Below the pieces are notes generated by a model that saw only the letters and a program-made list of their open reading frames with translations, ran no database searches and had not been told where the DNA came from. From a virus, in the IMG/VR virus record IMGVR_UViG_3300002060_000001, positions 1 through 64,000 of that record: a DNA stretch of 64,000 nucleotides, one strand, 5' to 3'. The stretch's first letter is position 1, and each line of letters opens with the position of its first letter. Positions 41,372 to 50,660 of the stretch are shown one piece after another. The translations under genes were made by a program, and so were the position numbers.

Positions 41372-44300
41372 TAGCCTGTCTTTCCGAATTTAGTGTCAAG
41401 GAAACCATTAGGCCGTGACTCGCGTTTCATCAATTCCATCACCATACCCTCAACCGCGGCCTTACCGAGATCACGGGCGTTTTCTCTTGTTGAGCCTTCC
41501 GGAACCGAAATATGAACACCGCCAAAGTGATAATTCGCGCCCGATGACCCATTTCCGTTCGCGGCGCGGCGCGGCGGCGCGGTAGTACGTGACGGCCCGC
41601 TAGGCATACCGCCGTTACGGAATTGAGGAAGTTCACCGTGTTGGTTCAAATACTCAAGGATAGGCAAGTTACGGCGCGTTGAGTCGGCGTTGACGATATA
41701 TTCACCGCGCGAGATACGAATAAGGTTTGCGTCCTCACGGGGGCCGCCGACACCGCCCATAAGACCGGGTGCTCCCTCTGGGACAGGAAGGCCGCCGTCT
41801 CTGAAGTTAGCCCCTCTGATAGTTGAGAAAATAGACGCCGCACTGGCCGCCACGCGCGCGTACTCAACAAGATTAAGCGGAAACCCTAATTCATTAGCCC
41901 GCGCCAAGCCTTGCGCGATACTGACCGTCGCTTGAGCAACCGCAAACGCCTTTTGTGTCGCAAGCATGATTTTATAGATGCCTGACTGCTCACCCGCGCT
42001 GTCACGCAGTACGCCGGCGATTGAACCAAATATATCACTCGTCGCGCCTAACTGTATTTGTAAGCCGTCAAGCAAGATATTATTCTGATCCTTGATTGAT
42101 TGATCAAGAATAGCTTTTTTGCGTTCCGCGAACTCAATCTCGGTTAATTCCTCTGCCTCACGGGCCTGACGAATAAGTTCAAGACGTTCTTGTGTCTGTT
42201 GACGGATGCGTTCATTTTCATCACCGACGCCGAGTTCATTGGCCCCGAAGCCGAAAAGAGTTTGACTAGAACCATCATCCGTCCCGCCGCCCTCTTGCTG
42301 ACGAAGCTGTTGCTCTGTCCGTCGACGGCGCTGTTCTGCCTCACTCAAGCCAAGCTGATCGCCGCCGTCAGAATTTAACTGACGATCAAGAGACAGAATA
42401 TCATCACCGAACTGACTGTTTTGAAGTTCACGATTATATTGCGCTAAGGTCAGCTTACCCTCTTGATAGAGTGCAATAAGCGAACGCATATCCGCCTTAG
42501 CCTCTTCTGCAGGATCATGGGCCGCGCGCATAATACGGTTGCGGCGCTCCATTTCATCATTGAGTTCAACAGACGCCCGAACCCATCCGAGTTCAGTGTC
42601 CGTCAATTCACGCTCAAGCTGATTTTGAAGTCTCAATATTTCAGTCGCAACCCGTGCCTCTGTCCCTATTTTGGATAACAGGAACGACTCGTCATCAAGC
42701 GCATCAAGGCGATCATTGATGATCCGGCTGTCCCTGACGGCTTGCTGTTCCTCAATAAGTGCGCGGATGCGGTTTCTCTGGGGCGCTGATAGACCTAAAA
42801 GCGCCTCCCGTTCGGCATCATAGATAGCGGCCAGAATTTCCGCCTCACGGCCATTCTCGCCCAGAAGCTTTGTCTCTTGTTGAATATCCGAGATACGCTG
42901 AATCTGTGCTTGATTGTCGTTTGCCACTTGTTGAAGCCTCAATTCAGCATCAACACGATTTTTCTCATCTGCTGTGAGCTCACGTTCAAGCTTACTGGCA
43001 AACTCGCGAACGCCATTAGCCCGTTCCTGCGCGGCCTCATTAAGACCTATGGCCGCCGTCAGTCCCTTGAGGGACGCAAGTTCTGTTTCAAAATCGCGCG
43101 CAAGGGAGGGTACGGTTCCGCCTCCGCCGCCGCCAGAACCGCTGTCGTCAGCAGTTGCGCTTAACCCGGCCTCAATTCTTTTCAGCGCCTCTTTCTGTCT
43201 CAAAAGCCTGTCATTCGCCTCAAGTTCCTCAACATTGATTTTCGATAATAACTGAAACCGCTCAAGTTGCTTTTTGCTAAGACCCTCTTCGGCCTTTGAT
43301 AAATCTCTCAAGCTTTGAAGTTCATCGTCAAAGGCTTTCTGAAGTTCCTGATCAGAGCGTTGTTCAAAAATCTGTAGGTTTCCGAGTTCACCGAATTGAG
43401 TGCTTGTCCGGCTAGGGGTTCGTCTGCCCGTGTCCTTGAGGGTATTTATCCCTGCCTCTTTTGCAAGATCACCCGCTGTGCGTCTATTGAGTTCAGCCTG
43501 TTCAATTTGAGCAGACAGAACATCCTTATAGGATTTCAGCAATTCTTTATTTTTGCTGATACGCCCTTTAATTGAATTTATCTCGATAAGAGCCGCATCC
43601 TGCGCCGCCGGCCCGATATCCTCAAGACCCTCTTTGTATTCTTTGACTCGCTTATTAAGGAGACTTTGGTCTTTCTCGATACGGGCTGTTGTCGCGCTAT
43701 ATCCCGCGATAGCTTTATCAGCCTCACCCAGAAAGTCAGGGATCTCCTCTGTTTCTTTTCTTAAGAGGAAAAACGCCGCCGCCATAGCCGTTATGGCAAT
43801 TCCGACAGGATTGACCGCCAGAGCCAATAAGGCCGCCCCCAGACCGCGAGCCGCAACCCCCGCGCCTATCATGGCGACACTGCTTAATCTCAACATAGCT
43901 GTCTTTGCAAAGAACGCTTTCGTGCTTGCGATAGTTGTTGCCAGTAAGGTACTTTGCGCCGCCGCCGTTATGGCAATTTGAGCCGTATAGGCCACAAGGC
44001 CGATGACAAAGATGTCTATATTTTCAGCCGCAAAACGGAACGCCCCCGCTATACCATTGAATATATCCGTCAGGGCATCCGTAACGCCCGCTTCACCGAC
44101 AGCCAGAACAAGACCCTGAATTGCTGACTTAGCGGCCAGAATAGCGCCGTTCAGGTTGTCATCCATAGTATTGGCAACACGTTCGGCAGTGCCGGCCGCA
44201 TTATCAAGCTCCCTCGTCATATCCTGAATGTCAGGGATAGCTTTAGAAAGAACGTCAAAGGCGGGTCCGCCACGCTGACCAAATGCCTCAAGGGCTTGTC

Positions 44301-45114
44301 CTGTTGTGATTCCGCCTTTCTCAAGCGCCTCAAGAGCGCCCGCCAGACCGACGCTTGAAATCTTAACGTCATCAACACTGACGCCCAGTTCATTAAGGAT
44401 GTCTCGCGTTGCCTTTGTGGGACTCTCAAGTTCAGCCAGAACGCGGTTCAGGCCCGTACCCGCCCGGCTTCCCTGCAGACCCGCGTTTGATAGCGCGCCG
44501 ATAGCGGCTGTTGTTTCCTCAATGCTGACGCCCAATCCTGACGCAATAGGGGCCGCGAACGATAGCGCGTTCCCTAATTGCGCGACGGATGTGTTACTGC
44601 TATTTGCCGCCAAAGCCAAAACGTCAACGACTCGCCCCGTTTCCGCAACCTCAAGACCAAATCCCTGCAGGGCGTTTGACGCAATATCAGCCGCCCGCCC
44701 TAGTCCGAGTCCGCCCGCTTGCGCGAGTTGAAGCGTCCCATCGATCGTCCCCAGAACCTCATTAGCGTTAAAGCCCGCGCGCGCAAGAAAGGTCATCCCC
44801 TCGGCGGCCTGTTTAGCGCTAAAGCGTGTCGTCGTACCCAGTGACTGGGCGCGTTTTTGCAATAATGAAAACTCTTTGTCAGTCGCGCGAGATACCGCTC
44901 GGACGGTTGACATCTCTTGACTGAAATCTGCAAGCAGACCAATGCCGCGCCCGATACCCGCCCCGATAGCGGCGCCGCCGAATAATCCTAGAAGAAGCCC
45001 TTGTGTTTTTTTGCCCTCGGAACGTATTCCCCGAAGTTCACCCTTAATGCGCCGTGAGCCGGACACGACGTTAGCGGGATTAAGCCTGACATCAATGGGA
45101 TATGTAGCGGCCAC
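41371..45114 (-). CDS. Tail tape measure protein
   Basis: 1247 aa. Contains the motif AAKQAAEGMTFLARAGFNANEVLGTIDGTLQLAQAGGLGLGRAADIASNALQGFGL, TM-like Ala/Gly stretches and long coiled coils. Confidence 0.9.
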   Translation of the reverse strand: MAATYPIDVRLNPANVVSGSRRIKGELRGIRSEGKKTQGLLLGLFGGAAIGAGIGRGIGLLADFSQEMSTVRAVSRATDKEFSLLQKRAQSLGTTTRFSAKQAAEGMTFLARAGFNANEVLGTIDGTLQLAQAGGLGLGRAADIASNALQGFGLEVAETGRVVDVLALAANSSNTSVAQLGNALSFAAPIASGLGVSIEETTAAIGALSNAGLQGSRAGTGLNRVLAELESPTKATRDILNELGVSVDDVKISSVGLAGALEALEKGGITTGQALEAFGQRGGPAFDVLSKAIPDIQDMTRELDNAAGTAERVANTMDDNLNGAILAAKSAIQGLVLAVGEAGVTDALTDIFNGIAGAFRFAAENIDIFVIGLVAYTAQIAITAAAQSTLLATTIASTKAFFAKTAMLRLSSVAMIGAGVAARGLGAALLALAVNPVGIAITAMAAAFFLLRKETEEIPDFLGEADKAIAGYSATTARIEKDQSLLNKRVKEYKEGLEDIGPAAQDAALIEINSIKGRISKNKELLKSYKDVLSAQIEQAELNRRTAGDLAKEAGINTLKDTGRRTPSRTSTQFGELGNLQIFEQRSDQELQKAFDDELQSLRDLSKAEEGLSKKQLERFQLLSKINVEELEANDRLLRQKEALKRIEAGLSATADDSGSGGGGGGTVPSLARDFETELASLKGLTAAIGLNEAAQERANGVREFASKLERELTADEKNRVDAELRLQQVANDNQAQIQRISDIQQETKLLGENGREAEILAAIYDAEREALLGLSAPQRNRIRALIEEQQAVRDSRIINDRLDALDDESFLLSKIGTEARVATEILRLQNQLERELTDTELGWVRASVELNDEMERRNRIMRAAHDPAEEAKADMRSLIALYQEGKLTLAQYNRELQNSQFGDDILSLDRQLNSDGGDQLGLSEAEQRRRRTEQQLRQQEGGGTDDGSSQTLFGFGANELGVGDENERIRQQTQERLELIRQAREAEELTEIEFAERKKAILDQSIKDQNNILLDGLQIQLGATSDIFGSIAGVLRDSAGEQSGIYKIMLATQKAFAVAQATVSIAQGLARANELGFPLNLVEYARVAASAASIFSTIRGANFRDGGLPVPEGAPGLMGGVGGPREDANLIRISRGEYIVNADSTRRNLPILEYLNQHGELPQFRNGGMPSGPSRTTAPPRRAANGNGSSGANYHFGGVHISVPEGSTRENARDLGKAAVEGMVMELMKRESRPNGFLDTKFGKTG

Positions 45115-45130
45115 GGGGGTCTCCGGTTAT

Positions 45131-45981
45131 TTAAGACCCACCCCCTGTAACACGGGTTTGCGCTGTGCGATAGGCCGCATCAACGTCTCTTATACATTCC
45201 CAGAATAGGGGCCATATTTCCTCAAGGTGTCCCCGTTGAACGAACCACTGACGCGCTACTGACCATCTGACATCACCATCCGGTGAACGATCTGACGTTA
45301 AATCCCAGTAAGCATCAAGGATAAATTGAGCGCCGTCAGGCATATCGGGCGGATTGTCGAACCAGTGCCCCTCTTTTCTGGTCCGACCTTTTTTTTCACC
45401 CTGTTCAACGCTATAGCCCTCTTTTTGGTACTTAGCCTGCCAGGTTATGACGGCTGCGAGGACTTTCCCAACGTCTGACCCTCTTCAACATCCTCATCTT
45501 GATCTTCGTTCTCAAGTTCAATGAGGTCATCCATAGTTAGGCCACCATCCTCATTTTCATCCTCATCAAGACCCATGACAAAATTATCCGGATCATTAAG
45601 CCAAGCCATAAGGCGGTCAAAAATCCAGTGAGGAATAGACTGCAGGAACTTAAGAGCGCGAGTGCTATTGAACTCAATGGGCTTGCCCTTTGTGTCCGTC
45701 ATGTTCTCATCCCAACCGACAAGACAATAGCGCGCAACAAGAAGCTGATTTTGCTGACGTAACGCCTTAATGGACTTGACGGTTGTTGTGCGGCTTGACG
45801 AGCGGTTCTTACGAGCCTTTTTACTGGATAGCTTTAAGAGGGCCGCGGCATAGTCTTTGTTGTCCTCTGTAGCGGGGCGGAAGTGGCACGTCGGCTGTGT
45901 CAGCAATTCGCTGAACGTGTAGGGCTTGGTCGATTTACTATCAACGGCAAGGTCTGCGGAAAGATGGTCAAACATTGACAT
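45131..45981 (-). CDS. Tail assembly chaperone GT-like fusion made by -1 programmed frameshift (about 283 aa)
   Basis: The -1 frame is open from just upstream of the slippery heptamer at 45469-45463 down to the stop at 45131. It contains track ORF 45131-45343. Synteny is lambda-like: V, G, GT, H. Confidence 0.7.
45445..45981 (-). CDS. Tail assembly chaperone G-like (zero-frame product)
   Basis: 178-aa acidic ORF between the tail tube and tape measure genes. It ends ...TLGKSSQPS just after the slippery site. Confidence 0.75.
   Translation of the reverse strand: MSMFDHLSADLAVDSKSTKPYTFSELLTQPTCHFRPATEDNKDYAAALLKLSSKKARKNRSSSRTTTVKSIKALRQQNQLLVARYCLVGWDENMTDTKGKPIEFNSTRALKFLQSIPHWIFDRLMAWLNDPDNFVMGLDEDENEDGGLTMDDLIELENEDQDEDVEEGQTLGKSSQPS
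45463..45469 (-). promoter_or_regulatory. Slippery heptamer G GGA AAG (-1 frameshift site)
   Basis: Minus strand ...ACG TTG GGA AAG TCC... After a -1 slip it reads GGG AAA GTC CTC GCA ... The heptamer is identical to the lambda G/GT one. Confidence 0.75.
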
Positions 45982-46017
45982 AACGGGGTCTCCATAATTT
46001 TATAATGACCCCTATTT

Positions 46018-46035
46018 GTCTTATTTTTTTGTTAT
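46018..46035 (-). promoter_or_regulatory. Palindrome-family box (minus strand ATAACAAAAAAATAAGAC)
   Basis: 17/18 identical to the box of cassette B. It lies 36 nt upstream of the ATG at 45981. Confidence 0.45.
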
Positions 46036-46043
46036 GCACAACC

Positions 46044-46088
46044 CCAAAGAAAAACCCGCCTTGGCTCTGTGAGGAAACAAGACGGGCT
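46044..46088 (-). terminator. Strand-specific rho-independent terminator after the tail tube gene
   Basis: Minus-strand GCCCGTCTTG-14-nt loop-CAAGGCGGGT then TTTTTCTTT. The two G-U pairs make the stem stable only in the minus-strand RNA. Confidence 0.65.
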
Positions 46089-46163
46089 TTCCCGCTCAAT
46101 ACCCGGTGAAACTTACGTCACACCATCCGTTGAGCTCTCTCCGTGGGTTATGCTATATCCCTA

Positions 46164-47660
46164 CTATGAACAGGGGCGTGGTGGCAAGACCGGAAACATT
46201 GAAATTTCAATGCTTGTCCCGTCAATGTCATCATGGAACGCCGAACCCGTTGAATTGATGGTGACACTTTCGTTTTCAGGCCAAGCGCGATCTCCGCCCT
46301 CAAGGGTCATCTGTGGAACATGGAAATAAATCCCGCCGTCATCATTCCAGAATGGCAGACGTAGACTGACGGGCTTGTCACACCGGATGCGCTCAATAAC
46401 ATCACCGTCCGTAAATAGCGCCGTTGCCTCTGTCGTGACCGCAAGATCACTAAGGTTCAGTTGAGCGGCTTTGATTTGTCCCAGAACCTTACGGGCCGAG
46501 ATACCGTTTGAAATCGTCAATGACAGGCTATCAAAGTCCGTCATCAAGCCCGACTCATCAATATCATCAATAGACAGGCGGATCAGGTCAGTGGATGTGC
46601 TGTATTCCTGCGTCGCGTTATAGGGCGCGGCGTCACTTTCGCCGGCGGCCTGTGTCGTTGATGGGTTGTTTGTGATAGAGCCAATAAAGCCGAATGACAC
46701 CTCAACAAAGCCGTCCTTTTGAACATCGAGGCTAAGAGCGTCACAAGCGTTATCGAGGGCATATTCGTGAATGGTTGGGTTTCCATTCTCAAATACTGTC
46801 TTGAGGCCGAACATATAGTAGCGGCGTAAGAAGTTGGCGTGGTCGACAGAATAGTTACGGATGTAAGGGCCGAAAAGAATATCAACCGATATTCCTGCGC
46901 CCGTTTCAGCCGTATAGGGCTGATCACGTTTAGCGAGGGTCAACTTATTGGTTGCGATAGCCGTGATCTGTGCAAAGCCCTTGTTTTCATCCTCATTGAA
47001 TGAATTAACGTCATCAACGCCACCGATATAGATGAACTGACCGACAACCAGACCCAAGGCCGAGAGGTCAAGAGCAGTTGATGTGAGGTTTTGATCAGCG
47101 TCAATCTGTAAATCACCCGAAGCGCCTCTGACACCCGCGATATAGATTTCAGCGCGTCGATTAGAGGCCACGGACTCAACCGTCATATTAGGAAGCGTGA
47201 TAGATGTCGCGCCGCCCGCAACAGCGCCGCCGAGAATACGGTGTCCGTTGTTTGACTGGGTTTTAAAGCCCTTGATGCCGATAATGGTTTGACCGTTGAT
47301 CATCTGGGATGCTGAACCCGCAGGAATTGCCGGAACCGTTACGCCCGTGCCTGTCGCGGCTGTTGAGACGAAATATGACGGACCCGCCGCCAAGCCCATA
47401 ACAAAGCCCTGGCTGAATTGAAGTGTGCTATCAAAATCAAGCGGCGCCGTAAATTCAACCGTACTGTCAACGGACTGTGTTTTTTTCTTACGCATATTAC
47501 GGTTACGGCTGATCCGTGTCGGCTCACTTTTGGTAAACGTGTTACCGAAAGATGAAATCTCTGAACGCTCAACGATACGCCAGTCGGGGGTTGCGGGGAG
47601 TGTTCCGGTGAAACCTGTCTGAACTGCATATGTCAGTTCGCTATTGTTTGTATCGGCCAT
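46164..47660 (-). CDS. Major tail (tube) protein, large form
   Basis: 498 aa. It sits immediately upstream of the G/GT chaperones and is followed by a terminator, as expected for a highly expressed gene. The call is mainly positional. Confidence 0.55.
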   Translation of the reverse strand: MADTNNSELTYAVQTGFTGTLPATPDWRIVERSEISSFGNTFTKSEPTRISRNRNMRKKKTQSVDSTVEFTAPLDFDSTLQFSQGFVMGLAAGPSYFVSTAATGTGVTVPAIPAGSASQMINGQTIIGIKGFKTQSNNGHRILGGAVAGGATSITLPNMTVESVASNRRAEIYIAGVRGASGDLQIDADQNLTSTALDLSALGLVVGQFIYIGGVDDVNSFNEDENKGFAQITAIATNKLTLAKRDQPYTAETGAGISVDILFGPYIRNYSVDHANFLRRYYMFGLKTVFENGNPTIHEYALDNACDALSLDVQKDGFVEVSFGFIGSITNNPSTTQAAGESDAAPYNATQEYSTSTDLIRLSIDDIDESGLMTDFDSLSLTISNGISARKVLGQIKAAQLNLSDLAVTTEATALFTDGDVIERIRCDKPVSLRLPFWNDDGGIYFHVPQMTLEGGDRAWPENESVTINSTGSAFHDDIDGTSIEISMFPVLPPRPCS

Positions 47661-47681
47661 TGGCTTTCCTTTCGGGGTTCC

Positions 47682-48104
47682 TTATTTGATTTCCCTGTAT
47701 ACGAAAAAGGCGTCAGTTAGCAAGACCTTATAGCGACCCTTGTTATCCTTACCTGTTTCGCGCGTGTGAACTGCTGAAAAACGACACCCAAAACCCTCAA
47801 GTGAGCGGCCTTCAAACATATTTTCAATGATAGTTGAAACCTCATCACCGCGTTCCGTACCCTCATCGGGCGGCAGATGTGTCCGGACAATGATATGACC
47901 GACACGCTCATAGCGGTTCATGCCCGCGCCTCTTAGGCCTATCAGGCGTCCCGGCGAGTGTTGAATGATAAGCTGACACCATTCTTTCTCTTTGATCATA
48001 GGTTCCGTGGAATTATCCGGCAGGACGTATTTTAAGCCGTCTGGGATCTCCTTTTCAAAGCGCGCACAAATTGCCTCTTTGAAATCATTTTTGTGATTAC
48101 TCAT
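47682..48104 (-). CDS. Tail terminator / completion protein (positional)
   Basis: 140 aa between the gp10-like gene and the tube gene. Confidence 0.4.
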   Translation of the reverse strand: MSNHKNDFKEAICARFEKEIPDGLKYVLPDNSTEPMIKEKEWCQLIIQHSPGRLIGLRGAGMNRYERVGHIIVRTHLPPDEGTERGDEVSTIIENMFEGRSLEGFGCRFSAVHTRETGKDNKGRYKVLLTDAFFVYREIK

Positions 48105-48105
48105 G

Positions 48106-48510
48106 CTATATCCCCGAACTTCGCTTACTTATAGCGGTATTAATCGCCAGTTGAACAAATCCCGCCGGAGCCTGTGGGCTATGGCCGTCATTGAGTCTGC
48201 CTATATACGGAACATTGTTTGAAATATAGAATGGCCCGTGATCAGCGCGGTAAGACACCGCTAACCTAAAGAGCTCACCTTGATTCTGTGAAGCCCGTCC
48301 GGCTGACGCCCCCGCAGATGGTTCAACGATAGATAGGTTTTCACGATAAGGGGCGTTTATTTTGGGAACATAGTTCGCGCGCGCCCATCCGAGGTCTATC
48401 GGTGTAAATTCGATAAGCGTTGCCTGAATTTCAAGCGCCAACTTACCTATTTCCCGACCGACAAACTCGTCCATATCGTCAATGACAATTTCAAGTTTGT
48501 CGGTCGGCAT
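48106..48510 (-). CDS. HK97 gp10-like head-tail joining protein
   Basis: FVGREIGKLALEIQATLIEFTPIDLGWARANYVP resembles the gp10-family P-V-D-T-G-x-L-R motif region. Confidence 0.5.
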   Translation of the reverse strand: MPTDKLEIVIDDMDEFVGREIGKLALEIQATLIEFTPIDLGWARANYVPKINAPYRENLSIVEPSAGASAGRASQNQGELFRLAVSYRADHGPFYISNNVPYIGRLNDGHSPQAPAGFVQLAINTAISKRSSGI

Positions 48511-48524
48511 AGTCTAATAGGCGC

Positions 48525-49082
48525 TTATGCGCCTTCAGCGTCGTCTTGAGCCGCGTCAGCGTTTTCAGCTAAATCAGAAGCGGGGTTAAGAACGTCTTCC
48601 ACATCACCGACATCTGTCTCATCAACGGTTTGCGTTTCTGCGGTGTCAACCTCATCCGCGCCCGTTTCGGCGTTATTGGCTGTTTCGTCAACCTGTTCAG
48701 CCGTTTCTTCAACGTCAGTGTCATCATCCTCACTGCCTGAACCGTCAGCATCAGCCGCCGCAACAAGGTCAGCAAGTTTAGCCTGTAGGGTTTCAACCCT
48801 CATAGACTTTGTGGCCTTACCGCCGAGTTCTTTGATTTTAGCAATCAAATCCTCTTTCTCGTCCGCTTTAGGCGCTACGTCGACGGGCTGATACTCGTCT
48901 TTATATTCTGCGCGGCCAGAGGCCCAGAGGCGACGGCGAAACGGCTCTTCTGTGATTTTATGATCAATAACTTCACCTTTATGAATAACGGTGTCGTTTG
49001 TGTGGATAGGGCGTAGGGCCGCTACGATAGGACGTTTGTCATCATAGTCGCGGCGATCTCTAATACGGTTTTTACGTGGCAT
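48525..49082 (-). CDS. Hypothetical head-associated protein with a HeH/SAP-like motif and an extremely acidic tail
   Basis: LIAKIKELGGKATKSMRVETLQAKLADL is a Rho-N/HeH-like helix pair. The last approximately 75 aa are D/E/T/A-rich with no K or R. Confidence 0.5.
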   Translation of the reverse strand: MPRKNRIRDRRDYDDKRPIVAALRPIHTNDTVIHKGEVIDHKITEEPFRRRLWASGRAEYKDEYQPVDVAPKADEKEDLIAKIKELGGKATKSMRVETLQAKLADLVAAADADGSGSEDDDTDVEETAEQVDETANNAETGADEVDTAETQTVDETDVGDVEDVLNPASDLAENADAAQDDAEGA

Positions 49083-49104
49083 TTTAGTTCTCCAGTTTGG
49101 GTTT

Positions 49105-49138
49105 AAAAAAAGCCCCGCCAGAATGCACGGGCGAGGCT
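49105..49138 (-). terminator. Rho-independent terminator after the major capsid gene
   Basis: Minus-strand AGCCTCGCC-loop-GGCGGGGCT followed by TTTTTTTAAA. Confidence 0.65.
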
Positions 49139-49166
49139 AAAAGTCAATTCTCTCTAAATTAGCGCC

Positions 49167-50171
49167 TTAGAGGGTTCCGGTCGCGTTAAAGAACACGCCC
49201 AGTTCAGCGGACACAAGCTTTTGAGCATATGCATCATCAATGATCTTGAAGTCTGTCAATTCAAGATTAGCGCGGTGTTTACGCATCCGCATACCCGCCT
49301 CTGAATAAACTTTCCAAGTAAAGTTATAGCCTGACGCCGCAACGCGCTTGCCCGGACGGGGCGGCGTGTGGGTCAAGAGACAACCGTTGTTCATAATGAA
49401 ATCGTTGCTGATTTCAGCCGCGCCCTCATTAGCACTATTCTCAACCGCAAAGCCGACGTGAATTTCATCGACTTCAAAGAGAGACTTAAGGTGATCCATT
49501 GTGACCTTGGCGGGTCCGGATGTCTGACCATGATCAACACGGTCAACGATTTCCGGATGCTCAAGCAGAACGTCCTTCGTGTCCCAGTCAATGGTCATTG
49601 TGTTCAACAGAATACCAGTGCGGCGCAGAACGTCCTTACGGGCTTTCTTTACGTCCTTGATAGGCGTCGAGGCGTCATCTGACCAACGGCGGAACTGACC
49701 CGCCGCAGGAGCCGTGCCGACACCCGCATAGTTGTGTTGCCAGACACCCGGCTTAAAGAAACCGTCATTGAATGAGCGTTCGCGGCGTAACTTGGCTTGT
49801 AACCAGAGGAAATGCGTCGCGTCCATGTTCCAATCAAGGAGTTCATCCATATCAACGTCATCCTCATCCGTAAGACCCGTCATAAGGGCGTAGATTTCGA
49901 GCAAGAATGGGACTTTGTTATAATCAAAGCCGGCGATAGTCGGTGCGGCTCCGCGCGCGCGTTTCGCCATATGGATGCGGTTCATTTCACCGAGCGGGAT
50001 TTCATAATAGAAATCTGTCGATTTGCTTACGCCGACAGGACGGAACACTTTGTCCGCAATAAAAGCGTTATCGCTCTGGTTATAGGCCAGAAGGATATTA
50101 GTCAGAGCCTTATCGGTGTGGCGATTTGTGCGAATCGCTACCGGCGAGGCTGTCTTTTTGAGGTTAAACAT
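49167..50171 (-). CDS. Major capsid protein (lambda gpE-like family)
   Basis: 334 aa. It follows a decoration-like gene and precedes the connector genes. The N-terminal LLAYNQSDNAFIADKVFRPVGVSKSTDFYYEIP pattern is typical of the gpE-like family. Confidence 0.75.
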   Translation of the reverse strand: MFNLKKTASPVAIRTNRHTDKALTNILLAYNQSDNAFIADKVFRPVGVSKSTDFYYEIPLGEMNRIHMAKRARGAAPTIAGFDYNKVPFLLEIYALMTGLTDEDDVDMDELLDWNMDATHFLWLQAKLRRERSFNDGFFKPGVWQHNYAGVGTAPAAGQFRRWSDDASTPIKDVKKARKDVLRRTGILLNTMTIDWDTKDVLLEHPEIVDRVDHGQTSGPAKVTMDHLKSLFEVDEIHVGFAVENSANEGAAEISNDFIMNNGCLLTHTPPRPGKRVAASGYNFTWKVYSEAGMRMRKHRANLELTDFKIIDDAYAQKLVSAELGVFFNATGTL

Positions 50172-50211
50172 GTGTCGTCCTTTCGTTTAACGGTTTCGGT
50201 TCAGCTTCGCC

Positions 50212-50592
50212 TTAAGCGACTGTGCCGCGTGGGAAGAATTGAATGGCGATATATTCGTCAACCGCGTCAGCCGTTGTCAGCGCAGTACCGACAATGTTTT
50301 GACCCGTTGTTGCATTAACGAATTTACCGTTTGCGTCAGTTGTCACATCACCAAGCGAAACTGCCGCGCCGGCCTTAACGGCCACAATAGCGCCATTAGG
50401 AATAGCGCCCTGAATAGCCTCACCGACAAATGTCGCGGGGGCCATAGTGATGAAATTAGGAACGGTATTCGCGGCGGCGGGTGTCACCTGTGCGGATGCG
50501 TTCATTGTAACAGCGATACCACGATCCAAGTCTGCGGCTGCTGAATAAACCGTAACACTGACGGCCTTATCGTAATTGGCTTTATGGCTCAT
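50212..50592 (-). CDS. Head decoration protein (DUF2190-like)
   Basis: 126 aa, Ala/Gly/Val-rich beta protein directly upstream of the capsid gene. Confidence 0.55.
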   Translation of the reverse strand: MSHKANYDKAVSVTVYSAAADLDRGIAVTMNASAQVTPAAANTVPNFITMAPATFVGEAIQGAIPNGAIVAVKAGAAVSLGDVTTDANGKFVNATTGQNIVGTALTTADAVDEYIAIQFFPRGTVA

Positions 50593-50660
50593 GGTTAGCT
50601 CCTGTTTTGCCTTTTAAGTTAATCCCCCGCCGAATGACGGGGAACTGGGGGGGTTAGTGT

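Noticed and set aside
32628-45208. Numerous 60-140-aa track ORFs nested in other frames or antisense inside the fibre, K/L and tape measure genes (e.g. 38928-39332, 39407-39826, 43553-43981, 44306-44731, 42974-43255).
   Set aside because: They lie wholly within long ORFs that carry strong family motifs. They have low-complexity Ala/Arg/Ser/Pro-rich translations typical of off-frame reading, and they lack SD sequences.
50593-50660. Stem CCCCG-N8-CGGGG between the scaffold and decoration genes as a terminator.
   Set aside because: No U-tract follows the stem. It may be a minor RNA structure, but the evidence is too thin to call.
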